Below are positions 1 through 11,888 of a stretch of DNA of 64,000 bases, piece after piece (the stretch's first letter is position 1; each line of letters begins with the position of its first letter). The position numbers were made by a program, and so were the translations under genes. The stretch lies in assembly GCA_964106645.2 (NCBI GenBank), contig OZ067047.1. The stretch is one strand, 5' to 3'. This stretch comes from Podarcis pityusensis (taxonomy: Eukaryota). Below the pieces are notes generated by a model. The model saw nothing but the letters and a program-made list of their open reading frames with translations, made no database searches and was not told where the DNA came from.

Positions 1-117
1 TCAGTCCTTTTTCCGTCTTAAAAACCTAATAACACTTATGAGATAGAATAATAGAATTGTAGATTTGGAAGGGACCCTGGGAGGTCATTTATTCCAACCC
101 CCTGGAATGTAGAAATA

Positions 118-375
118 TCGTATTTTTCGTTCTATAAGACGCACCAGACCACAAGACGCACCTAGTTTTTGGAGGAGGAAAACAAGAAAAAAATATTCTG
201 AATCTCAGAAGCCAGAACAGCAAGAGGGATCGCTGTGCAGTGAAAGCAGCAATCCCTCTTGCTGTTCTGGCTTCTGTGATAGCTGCGCAGCCTGCATTCG
301 CTCCATAAGACGCACACACATTTCCCCTTACTTTTTAGGAGGGAAAAAGTGAGTCTTATAGAGCATAAAATACGG
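118..375. mobile_element. Tc1/mariner (pogo/Tigger-like) MITE nested in a CR1-tail-like repeat
   Basis: Terminal inverted repeats (T/C)CGTATTTT..CTATAAGAC ... GTCTTATAGAGCATAAAATACGG with TA on both sides (116-117, 376-377); flanks resemble a CR1 3' end (GGAAGGGACC...TCCAACCCCCTG). Confidence 0.75.
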
Positions 376-878
376 TACTGCCCACAGCCATCCCTGGGTG
401 CCTCCCATCACTCCTCTTCATCCAGCCAGGCCCTTGTTTGTGCTACTGGGTTTAATAACAGCCAAGAAACATTCTAATGACCTTAATTGTGCATTATACA
501 AACACACAAATAATTTTGATCTTAATGGTTTTAAAACGTGTTGCTAATTTGACTGCATTGCAGCAGAGCCACCCAGTTTTCTCTTGTGGGTAAGGGTTGT
601 GCTTGACTGCACCTTGGCTTTTATTTTAAATAATTAGGCTACAAGAATTATTTTTGTAATTCAGACTTTAATTGTAGCGCAGCCTGTTGATTAAAAAAGT
701 ACTTCATTTGACTATCTGCATTGCTATGATGTCTCATGCATCCAGGTTAGTATGATAACTTGATGATTTTGGAATTTGGCTTCTAGGTTGGGGTCCAGAT
801 CAGTCTCTGTGCCATAACCATAGAGAGCAGCAGCAGCAACATTTGCTTAAACTGGGCCTGGTCTGCTTTTCTTCTCAG

Positions 879-1044
879 GATCTAGTCTGTGTTGGCACCA
901 GTGAAGTAGCCCACAAAGTCCTCATTACCCTGAAGGCCTTCCTGAAAATAGATGAGAATGTCCATGTCTGTGACCTTCTTCGAAGCCAATTTCTACAGAT
1001 TCTGCAGAATCTTCTGGTAGAAAACAATTCCAGTGTTTTGCAAG
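879..1044 (+). CDS. MEI1: MEI1 internal coding exon (first in window; gene begins upstream)
   Basis: ctcag|GAT...CAAG|gtgagt; DLVCVGTSEVAHKVLITLKAFLK...FLQILQNLLVE resembles recalled human MEI1 (VAHKVLISLRTFL...FLLILQRLLVE); ends phase 1. Confidence 0.9.
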
Positions 1045-1980
1045 GTGAGTGACAGACCTGCCTTAAGTGCAGGAAGCTGTGGTTGGGTACCAAATGCCCT
1101 CAAGTAATTTAAATACTGCCCACATGAGCTCTTGGGCCAAGTATTTCCCTGTTCCTATGTGTCAGAGCAAGACAATATTTTGGGGAAATTTAACAGAGGA
1201 ATTTGGGAATTTTTCAAACATAACTGCAAGTTTAACCCTTAGCTATGCCTGCTAATGTAATCTGTCTCTTCCCCTGATTTGCTTATTTGGTGGGTTTCTC
1301 TCTCTGAGAAAAGCCTACTATTTGCCATGCGGAGGGTTAGTAAATGGTGCCCCTGGACATGACATCACCATCCCTGCTGTGAAATAAGTGGTGGCTCTTC
1401 ATACTTCCTCCATTATGCTACTTGATTCTTCTTTCTTGATTGGGATAGAAATGGTCAGATATGTGATGAATTAGCACTGACACAGTTTTTTATCAAACAA
1501 ACATGTTTTACACCCATCAATTGGGCCAGCACTATGTTTGAATCAGGGCAGACATTAAAGTCTTTACTAAGAGCACATCTGTTTGCAGGGCAAATCATGT
1601 TGATCATTGTGCATCCTTGCTCATCTGATATGCAGCATACCATCTGTTAGTTGTATATCAGCGTCCTTCTGATGCAAAATCAGCTGACCCTCTGCTGTAA
1701 TGCAACACAGCCTTAGTGTCAATCTCACGTGCTGATTTGAAATGGTACATGTTGTTTAGGACAGCCCACAGCAGCCTGTTACTTTAATTATAGCTTTTCA
1801 CTGCTTCTAACAGGACATAATGACTCTTTAGCTCTCCAGATTAAAAAAAATTGGTTTCTGTCTCTGACAAAGAAGGTGTTCACCATGTACACAGAAGATA
1901 GTTCCTGCAGCACTTGTTTGTTTTCTCAGTTTTTGTAGTCTAGAGGCCATTAAGTAATTTTCTTTCATGTTTCTTTTTAG

Positions 1981-2085
1981 TCAACCAGGCCCAGCCCCTT
2001 TTATTGAACCTCCTCTTCCTGGTTCAACTCAGGCATGCGACAGAAAGAGAGCTGGACAGCACGGATTTCAGATTGCTTCATCTGG
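1981..2085 (+). CDS. MEI1: MEI1 coding exon
   Basis: tttttag|...G|gtgag; VNQAQPLLLNLLFLVQLRHATERELDSTDFRLLHL; phase 1 to 1. Confidence 0.9.
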
Positions 2086-2829
2086 GTGAGCTTCTGAATT
2101 TGTTCAGTCTGGATCTTTGGTTTAGAGATGAGAATATTTTATCTGGAGCATCTTAGTTGACGGGCCTAATAGCTACAGTGTGTTGTTGTGGCTTGAGTGC
2201 CAGATTAGGGTAAAAGAAATTCAGGTTCAAATTCCCATTCAGGGACTGAACTCACTGGGTGGCATTGGGTGAGACATTTATCTATTTGCCTAATCTCAGA
2301 GAGCTTTCTGTAAGGATAAAATGGGGATGAGTAACTCCACTCTGAGCTCCCTGGAAGATTTATAGATTTATTTATTACTGCATTTATTTCCCACTTTTTT
2401 CTCCAAGGAGCTCAAAGTGGCATGCATGGTTCTCCCTGCTGGTTTCACAGATCCTAGTCCCACATTCTAACCACTAGGCCACTCTGGCTATGTGTCTGCT
2501 TTCCCCAGGTTTTCTACATTCCCTGTAGTATGTTTCTGATGGTAGCAATAGTATCCTGCTTTAACCTCCAAAATGTATGCTGGTGAGGAGTTGCTAACAT
2601 ATATCCTAATTATGATGCACAGCTGTGGCAATATTTATTTCAGGATTTCTTGTGCTCTGCTTTGAAGCCAGATGGATTTTGTTAGTGTCTGTGAATTGCA
2701 TTGCACACTGATTTGATTGGCAGTCTGAGCAGGTGTAGCTGTTTTCATATTGAGCCTTTCCCCCCAAATATTTAGCATATTGGAATCTGAAAAAAGATGA
2801 AAATTATATAGAGTATTTCTATCACACAG

Positions 2830-2940
2830 TCAGCAATTTGTCTGGAAAATGCAGCCCAACAGACCATGAAATTCTGCATCCGTCCCTCAACTACCTGTAT
2901 TGGAGCCTTCAGCAGACAACCCCAGCCAGCCAGAAAACAG
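2830..2940 (+). CDS. MEI1: MEI1 coding exon
   Basis: acacag|...G|gtaaaa; [37 protein letters not shown] (human GKCSPTD...FLYWSLHQTTPSSQK). Confidence 0.92.
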
Positions 2941-3199
2941 GTAAAAAGTGATAAATGGATTCTAACTGCCCACTCCCCCTTCAATCTTATTATTAATTAA
3001 ATTTGTGTACTGCCCTATACCCGCAGGTCTCAGGGCAGTTTGCTACAAGGGGCCTGCCCCTACTGGAGCACTGTTGCTGTGTGAATCCACATTTTCCCCA
3101 TTTGAATTCAGCCACTATAGTATATGCATGTGCAAAATGAGTTTGTCCCCCTTGTCTGAAATCACAGTTTCTCTGGTCCATACTAGTAGGTGTTGGAGC

Positions 3200-3462
3200 T
3201 GTTATGTACTGAAGTTCTCACCCTGGGCCAGCAGGGGGATACTGTAGATAGTTTTCACTCAGGTCCACATATGCAAATCAGGGATTGAAAGTGATGTTCA
3301 GTGATTGGATAGTTACAGAAAGTTGTTACAGTTGTGTTGTAGTGGAGCTCTAATAAGCAGGCTGGCTGAACCCTTCAGTTCAGTTCCGTTCTGGCCTGTG
3401 AATAAACAAGAGCTGTTTGAAGAATTGTTGTGTCGTCTGATATGTTCACCCACAACTTAACA
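3200..3462 (+). mobile_element. Solo LTR (263 bp)
   Basis: TGTTA...TAACA termini, perfect 5-bp TSD GGAGC (3195-3199, 3463-3467), internal AATAAA. Confidence 0.8.
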
Positions 3463-4257
3463 GGAGCCATGTGCAGAGAAGAAAGGAGGAGGCGCCAGGG
3501 CTCCATCTTGTTAAAGACTGAGGGAAACTGAAGGAGTGGGAAGTTCCTGGAGTCCCCCCCCCCATTCCCTGCCAGTGACAGGGGTGGGAGGAGAGAGAAG
3601 AAATGGAAGGGCATCGCACATTCAGGAATTCCCCCCCCAAAGCCCCCACACAATGAGGAGCATCTTCCATATGGCCAAATACATGGCAGGGGCAGTGGGA
3701 GGCCTGCAGCCTCTCATGAGATTATTTAGCCAAGTCACTGCAGTTTAGCAGGAAAGTATGGAAGCCACCGAAGGTCCAGTCACACACCGAACTTCCCACC
3801 CAGCATAAATCCCTCCCCCAAAATGAAGAAGTAGAAAGAATATGCTGTAGGCAGCCGGTTGTGATGGGAAGGCAGGAGGAGAAAATCCTTCTGAGAGGCT
3901 GTGTCTGGAGCCTTTCTTTGAATCCAGTGCAGATGCCAGAACCTCCCTCTTTCAACATCTGACTATGAGGACTGCCAAAGACATGGCATGACAGGAGAAA
4001 AGGCTATTTAAAAAGGCCTCTCTCCTACTTGTTCATTCTGCACATATATCTCATTAAGTTACTTTCTATAGAGCACAAACTTAATTGTGATTTTCCACTA
4101 CATGATGCAAATCTACAGGAGCCCTTGTAGGGGGCACGGGGAGGACATTGAACATCAATTTTCTGACATGCTGGGGCATTTGTTCCTTCACTGGCTTTAA
4201 AAATTCTGAATATTTTGTCTGCCTATCTTGTGCAAAAGAAGGGAGGACAGTCACATT

Positions 4258-4272
4258 TATCTATCATCTATC

Positions 4273-4311
<39 letters not shown>
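4258..4311. repeat. (TATC)n microsatellite
   Basis: Direct inspection. Confidence 0.95.
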
Positions 4312-4565
4312 ATAAAGAGCCTACTTGTACTTAACAAGCATTGTTCAGTATTACATTGCTTAGTAACAGTATCATGCATGTAGTTAAAATATATTATTTG
4401 ATAGTCCAAGAATCTTGGAGTCGTGGTGGACTTGGGGCAGAAAAGGATGGTGCCCCTTAATTTCAGTAGCTGCTCATGACTGGTCCTTCCTGGTGCTCTT
4501 GGCAGCTGCTGCCTTTCTGCTATGCCAGTTGCACATGGCTTGTTAGACCCTTTCTTCCTTTACAG

Positions 4566-4747
4566 TGGTGGCTATGTTATTTTCCAACACACCTTTGCTA
4601 GAGCTACTTGAGAAAATTATCCACCTCACTTGGTTGCCTGCCTGTTCTTCTGAACCTGCTTTGCCCTCATCCAGTGAAGCACTTCTCTGCTCTGCTTGGC
4701 TGCTGATTTCTTCTCTCTTGACTCAACAACACATTTACAATACAGAG
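4566..4747 (+). CDS. MEI1: MEI1 coding exon
   Basis: tttacag|...GAG|gttag; VVAMLFSNTPLLELLEK...ALLCSAWLLISSLLTQQHIYNTE; phase 1 to 0. Confidence 0.92.
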
Positions 4748-6010
4748 GTTAGAAATACTGTAAAACTTTTGCATTAGAAAGTACAGATAAAAATTACTGC
4801 TTTTATTCATAGGCACAATGCACAAAGTTTAAGCATTATTAACTTTTTTATTATTGGTTCCCTATATCTATTGCATTAATTAACTGTAATCCCAGTCTGA
4901 AAGTTCATATTGGTTTATTAAGCTGAGATAATAGTTAGCCTTTTGTCTGCATAGGCAGCCCTTTGCTCCCCTCTTTGCAATTTGATCAATCAAACCAGGA
5001 GGTCTCTAATTAGCCATTGTTTTCTTTTCCATCGAAAATGATGGTTGTGAGCTTTGGAACTACTCAGGTCTTAAACTAACTTCAAATTAAGGTTTAGGAT
5101 TAATAGTTTCCCAGTTCAAATGAAACAGGAAACCATGGTTAATTGGAGACTCAAGAATGTAAGATGAGTATTGCTGGATGAGACCAGAGATCTATCTGGT
5201 CCAACTTTCTGTTCCCACAGTGGCAAACCAAATACCCACAGACATGATATGTACGTAACAGCACTCATGCTGGTTTTATTGTTTACGCTGTGAAGGGACT
5301 GGTGTATGGCAAAGATCTGGTTCCTATCTTGGCTTAATAATGAACACAGACATAGTTTATCATACCCCAGCCTAGGAATAATTTAGCCCAACGGCAAAAT
5401 CAGCATTTCAAGTCCCAAACCATGTTATTCCATAACATAGATAGGTATTATATGTAAACGAGGCATTACATGAATGGCTTAGAAACAGGTGATATAAGGT
5501 CACTGTATTGATATCATATTCAGAAATTGAACTTTAGTTTATCCTGTGTGTGAATTAGGATAATTCCTGATGGTCTCCTGTTGTTTGATGTTGTTCCCTC
5601 AGTTTTGGCAAGCACAAAATGTTCAGAATGGATAGATGGATGCGTCTAAAGCTCATGAATGTGAGCTAATGTTGTGCTGTTCCCTAATCCTCTGAAGGGG
5701 AAACAGCAGTTTAGTAAATGATTAGCCTCATTCATTTTACCAGAGTGTTAATAATGAGGATGAATCAAAAGCAGATTTGCATAGCTGACTGCCTGTGTTC
5801 CCTCATTCTGTCTATAATCCCTTAGAAGTCATGGAAGCTCTATTCAATTCCATAAGCGAATAATACTGGGAATACATTTAATGAGCTGCAGATCCAGTGT
5901 CTTTTGAGGGGTTGGTAATAGACGGCTGGACAAAGAAAATTAGCAGCCCGGCTGCTTCCTTCACTCCAATCGCTCCCGTCACCAAACATTTTCTGATTCA
6001 TTTCTGAAAG

Positions 6011-6092
6011 GTTGATCATATCATCTGCCTTGATGTGGACCAGGTCTTCAGCGCACTTGCCTTCAAGAGGAAGAAACCCACCCTGTTCTTTG
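6011..6092 (+). CDS. MEI1: MEI1 coding exon
   Basis: gaaag|GTT...G|gtagg; VDHIICLDVDQVFSALAFKRKKPTLFF (human [22 protein letters not shown]); phase 0 to 1. Confidence 0.85.
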
Positions 6093-7187
6093 GTAGGCTG
6101 CATATTTGCCAGCATCAGCTAAGAGAGCACTAAAGGCTGCTTCACATGTTATAAAAACGGAAGTCACTTTTGCTAAGAAATGGCATAAATCTGGCCTAAT
6201 GTATAAATCCCTGGGAAGCTGCAGTCCTTTGTGGTTTCCCAGTTCATTTATGTGTGCAGGATCAGGGCATCTTATCTATATGCAGGGCTTGCTCAATTCC
6301 TACATGAAACTATATTATTATTATTAAATTTATTGTTTTAATATAATGGTGAACGTTCATAAGTAAATATGGAACATTCCCCCCTCCCCCTCTCAAACAT
6401 GAAACTGTATATTATTAAGCAAAAAATGGGGGAAGGCTTGAATTTCCCTCCCCTTTGACCTGTTCTTCTGTTTTAACAGCTCATACTGTTCTCAGTGGTG
6501 TCTGCCTGAGCACTGATCAAATCTACACACACTTCAACAGTGCTGCATCATCAAATGCTCTCAGGCCATTCACTGGGCCCCAAGTGGCTTGAAGATCATA
6601 GCAGCATTTGAATACATTATAGATTACTATATAAAAGATGGGGGGGGGGGACTTGCAAACTTTCAAACATTAGTTTTTATTTTCTGAGAAGGCTAATCAT
6701 TAAAATGGGTTTTATGTCTTTTTCAGATGCATTTTTTTACCTTATAATCAACTCATATTGAAAAAAAGTACTTGAAATTAACACTGCATATAAATAAGTC
6801 AGCTAATCCATTTTCTTTCCCAAAACAAAACGAAAAGATTAATCCAGGCATTAACATACAGAGGCCTGATAGGCCAGAGAACAGTAGATTCAAACAGAAG
6901 TATAAAATATGTTTAGGACAGGAAAGAGAGTGTGTGTCTTTGAGATTTGGGGGGAATTTTTTCTTTTTCTTTTTACATGTTCCTTGGGAAGGCTGTGCTG
7001 CTGTAGACTTAGTGTGCCAGCCTCTGCTAAACATGCACTGCACATGTAGGATGGGACAATGCAAGTTGCTTAGAGCTACCTGTAAGAAAGGTAACTAGCA
7101 AATACAATTGTCGTCATCATGCTAGAATAGTAAATCATTGTTGCTAAAGTACGAATGTAAAGTACTAATAGATGGTTTTATACCCAG

Positions 7188-7378
7188 TCAGCATCCTTCA
7201 GTTTCTGAGAGCCTTCTTTAGGCAGAACCTCTGCTCATCCTTTGTGAAGTTTGCTGTCCGGTCTACAGATGAACATGGGAATGAACTTCCACAGTCAGAA
7301 GGGGATGCCTCTCTGTGTCCAGTAGCCATGCGGCATGTAGTGTCCTTGGTTATCCGTCTACAGAACCTCCTGCTCCAG
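7188..7378 (+). CDS. MEI1: MEI1 coding exon
   Basis: cccag|...CAG|gtaga; VSILQFLRAFFRQ...VVSLVIRLQNLLLQ; phase 1 to 0. Confidence 0.9.
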
Positions 7379-7840
7379 GTAGAAGTCTAGTGATAATAAC
7401 TGAAACCATTTTGCCATCAGCAACACTGTCAATCTATTTCAAACACAGGAGAAGGCATACAGTCCACTGCCGTCTCGCAAACTTTCCTTGTTTCTAGAAC
7501 TGAACTGTTTCACTACTGAGAGGCTTTTTGGATCATTATTTAATTTCCAGTGCAGAATGAATATAGATCCCAGGACTTTGTCCATGACAAGTCTTTTTTT
7601 AAGTACCGTACTGTAGCTTCCTACAGCTTAAGTCCCTCACTAGCAGCAGCTCACTTCTGCTACCTTACTAAAGAGGCTGCCATGCAATCTTAAGAGTTAT
7701 CTGAGCAACATTTTGCATTCTTTCGAAAGTGGAATGGGGGTGGGGAGCCACTTCTACATCAGTTCTAACCTAATAAGTAGTTTTGTTGTGGGATTTGGTG
7801 GCAATGATTCATGCCCTCACCCTTTCCCTTATATTTGCAG

Positions 7841-7922
7841 AAGGACCTTTTGCTGTCTCAAACTGTTATTGGCTGTCTTGAAGTCTTGTTGGAATACCTG
7901 TATTCGAGGAACCCGATCACTG
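7841..7922 (+). CDS. MEI1: MEI1 coding exon
   Basis: ttgcag|AAG...G|gtact; KDLLLSQTVIGCLEVLLEYLYSRNPIT. Confidence 0.92.
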
Positions 7923-9252
7923 GTACTCCTTTCAGCATCCTTATAAGTGTTCACTTGATTCCTTTGCTTTGCTGCGATTGTCTGCATCGGTGGGCACAGT
8001 ATCTTCACCAGTTGCAGGAGAGATTTTTAGTAGCAGGGGAGGGAAGAAGCTGCCCTCTCATTTTCCGGAGTGTTTCTTGCTTTGCATCAGGGTGGTAGGT
8101 GGTTGAGAATGCGCTCTACGTAATGGAAAAGCAAAATGTAAGTTTCCAGTTCTAAGACTCTCATTCAGTTCCCAAGAAAACATTGCAAACTCTCTTGCCT
8201 ATACGGCAATCTTGGTCAGAGCCAACAGGATACATTCTGGTCATCCTTTACCAAGCAAAAAGGTGCAGAGAGTGTTTGGTAAATTATTCTATGGATTAAT
8301 GGTAACCAGCAGCATAAGGGTGTCTCTGACAATTGCCTTAGAAAAGCACCTGGGCACAATCTGCACCAAAGCCCCTATCCCAAGATATTCCTGTACTTTT
8401 TGCAAATGCCGTTGTTGCTCAGTGATCACGGTGTAGTTCCTTATCACTCAATTCCATGACATACATCACTGTAATTAGTTTTAATTGCACAAGGAAGTGG
8501 GTGGTATTTGAAAGATGTTTTCGTTTCACTCAGGTAAAGTGCACGTGCATCTGTACAGACAGTCATTTATGCTTAAAATGTGATGTGCTTTCCCCCTTTT
8601 CCTCCTTGAAGGCAAACACATGCACCTCTCTGCATGCCTATTAAATAACTACAGGTAGAGAGATGTGTCATGTGACCCACCAGAAGCAAGCAAAAAGTGG
8701 CAATCCTGCAAAATAATGCTGATATGGATTGTACCCTGGTGTAGGGAAGAGTTTTATGGAAGGTTTCATTAGATGGATTTGAAATGGTGTGTCAATGACC
8801 ACTGTGAAAAAGCTTTTTCAGTATTAAGGTGGGGTCATGTGGCGTTTATAATGGTATATTCAGCAGTGAGGTAGAAGTAGCCTTATTGAACAACTTTCAT
8901 ACTATATTTCACATAAAGTAGATAATATTCCAGTGGTCTAAGCTCAATTATGATAACATAGTCACTTTCCTAGACCTTGCCTTCCCTGAAATTATTATTT
9001 CTTTTCTCTGCTTCACTACTCCAGTACATTTTTGTTGTGACTGAATGAATTAGGTAAGAGTTTAAATTATTACCAGCAATATTTTTTGCAGGGGGAGGGG
9101 CAGGGAGGTGCAATAGTAAATTTTATCTCCGGAAATTCTTTTTGATGACTTCAAGGAGGTTTCATTCCATATGAGTAAGTCTCTTTAGCTAGAATGTTTT
9201 CCACTCGGTTGGTTTTTAAAAAGCTAACTGCGATTGCTTTCTACGTTTCTAG

Positions 9253-9359
9253 CATCCCATATTGTCTCACAACCATGGAATAAATTCCTGCTGATCTCAC
9301 TCCTAGATAGTGTCGATAATTCATTTCTTCACCCTGAAATTCTAAGACTAGTTGCTTTG
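9253..9359 (+). CDS. MEI1: MEI1 coding exon
   Basis: ttctag|...TTG|gtgagt; [36 protein letters not shown] (human SQPWNRFLL...SFLRPEILRL). Confidence 0.93.
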
Positions 9360-10079
9360 GTGAGTATGGGGGCTATAAACTGCTATCCTGAAAGTTTCTA
9401 GTATATTGTTAAAGAACACAGTGTATCTGCAGCTATTTATGCTGTGTACATTAAAAATGGGTAACATACAGGCAAATTCTGTAGCTCTGTAGTGTTTGTT
9501 AGGGCCAAAACAGGTATAAATAATTGAATTTCCTGATTTTAAAATAAAACAAAAACAATCAAATATAGTTGTTGTTAGCTCTTATTTTGATCAGAGCTGT
9601 GGCACTGGAGAGAAGTTACTTGTCCCTTTATCCTGCACTATTTCCTTGATCAAAATCTTCCCCCGCCAGCTCTGTATAGTGTGTCTTCCACTCCAGAAAG
9701 GCAACAGCAGCTTCACTGTGCGAGTGGCGTTTTCCATCAGGGAAATGTTGGAGTAGGCAGGATTAAGTGCTGCTTCCCCAATGCTCTTGCTCGAGTCAAA
9801 ATTGGAGACCCACTTAAATAAAAAACTTTTTTTAAAAAAAGTTGGGGATTTTGTGAACAGTAGGGAAAGATACCCCCCCCCCAGGGACCAGGGTTAAGGA
9901 ACCTGTGACCCTACAGATGTTTCTGGACCCCATCATCCCTGACCACTGTCCATGCTAGCTGAGGCTTATGGGAGTTCAACAAGACCTGAAGGGTCACAGC
10001 CAGTTCTTCATTCCTGACATCTCAAGGTCAGCAAGTTCTGCCTAAAAAATGGGGAAGTTGTTTTATGATACCTCTGGAG

Positions 10080-10254
10080 CATAGGAGCCAATTCCCAGGA
10101 GCCATGGGGGCTTCGGCTCCCACAATAAAATCACAAAGTTGATGGGCATTCCCATTCAAATGCTGTGTGTGTGTGCGCACTGCATCATGTGATCAGTTAT
10201 GCAGGTGGGGTTTACCTGGGCCCCCACAATATTTTATTCACGTTGGCACCCCTG
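10080..10254. mobile_element. hAT-family MITE
   Basis: CATAGGAGCCAA...TTGGCACCCCTG termini; near-perfect 8-bp TSD CTCTGGAG/CTGTGGAG. Confidence 0.65.
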
Positions 10255-10351
10255 CTGTGGAGCCAGTGTTTGTATCGTACTTGAGGAAAGCTGAACTATG
10301 GAACTCCATGCCACAAGAAAATAAATCAACTTTAATTACTATGTTTTAAAG

Positions 10352-10483
10352 TTTATAAGGTATCAGAACACTAGAATTATTTCTCCAATTGAAATTGGCC
10401 GCATACTTGAAGAAGCAGCTAGTACTAAATTGCCAGAACTTTCTGATGTCACAATCAGTGCACTTCGCTCCTTTCTTGTTCAG
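10352..10483 (+). CDS. MEI1: MEI1 coding exon
   Basis: taaag|TTT...CAG|gtgag; FIRYQNTRIISPIEIGRILEEAASTKLPELSDVTISALRSFLVQ; 44 codons, phase 0 to 0. Confidence 0.88.
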
Positions 10484-10644
10484 GTGAGCCCTTTGGAAAT
10501 GATCTCGTAACAGTAAGCAGTAACTTGAGAGTGATATCTCTCAAGAAGAATGGTTGTTATGGGTGGTGGTGGTTGTTGTTGCTGCCATCATCATCTTCAT
10601 CATCATCATTAATGGAAGTTCATTTCACATTACAGCACTGATTT

Positions 10645-11073
10645 TGCAGCCTCGAGTGGCGGTTTCAGGCCTTGGGCGGAATCCTTTAGTCTATCTTCCT
10701 AAATGTGTGTGGAGGGGTGGTGAAGTGGCGACCCACGCCTCCCTTGTGGCGGTGATCCCAGGGTTCCCCGTTAAAGGGGTCTTGAGGGGAGGCATTGGCC
10801 ATACGCCGAGAGGTTGTCATTGCTCTCCCCTGTGATGGTGGCAAAATGGAGGGTGGGCTCTCTGCTTGAACATATTTCTCCAGAGACGGCCCAATTCCCA
10901 CACATTCTGGATAACCCTGATGTCTCCCAGATCCCCAGCTGGGGACTGGGAAGGATAAACACCCAGTGTCTAAGCCAAGGTCTCCCTACATCTGAAACTT
11001 AATAAAGTTGTGGCCAATTTTAATCCCATGGCACGTTGTCTTGAGTCATTATTCCACTCAGGGGTCGCCTGCA
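10645..11073 (+). mobile_element. Possible solo LTR
   Basis: GC-richer block with TGCAG...CTGCA ends and AATAAA near its 3' end; no convincing TSD. Confidence 0.35.
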
Positions 11074-11778
11074 AGCAGGTTAAAACATTAGCAGGATTTT
11101 AACCACACTTGTAAAGTAATAGAATGTATGGATAATTTAGAAGGATCAAAAATTTGGATAAGTATTGCTATGTAGTTGTAAATAATATATTTAGGATCCA
11201 TGGAAGGGGTGGGGGGAAGTCAGGAGATTCAGAGCAATCTCGATATTTGGATTCGTAACTTTTTTGTTGTATGTTTATACTTTTAAAAATCAAATTAAAA
11301 TATTAATTTTTTAAAAAAGATAACAGCAGTCTTTTAACTGGGATTGTAAACTGCCTTAGGATATTTATTATGAAGGTAATAATAAATACCTTAAATAAGA
11401 TGCAATGATTCCTCAATGAGAGTAACCTCCATGGTGATTCTGAAATGGTTCTAACAGCTTTAGCAAACAAAAGCCACTTGCTTCAGGCAGCAGATTGCAG
11501 AGGGTTTGGTAACTTAAGTCCATTAATTTCATTGGTTTCCTCTGAGTATGACTAATGTTCGATTCCATCTACAGTTACTTATTCCTTAATTTACAGAAGC
11601 ACTCTTTCCACGTACCCTTTGTTCCTCTGGTTCAGCACTACAGCACTAAGCCAGCATGGAAAGCTGACATATGGCTATGCCTTTGGCTTTTATTGCTATT
11701 GTAGGAAATGAAGGAAAGGGAGATAGGAAGAAACAAACCTGTTAATTATTTCTGTAATTCCTTTCACTTTGATGTAAG

Positions 11779-11888
11779 CTTCAAAGGGGAAAATGTCAGG
11801 TGGATTCAACTCAAGCAGCATCTGTTCAGACCTTGCTGGAGAGCCTCCCATCAACAAGCAGCAGTCAGCCGACCTTTCCAGGCATGAT
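11779..11888 (+). CDS. MEI1: MEI1 penultimate coding exon
   Basis: gtaag|CTT...AT|gtatcctttt; LQRGKCQVDSTQAASVQTLLESLPSTSSSQPTFPGM; ends phase 2. Confidence 0.85.
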
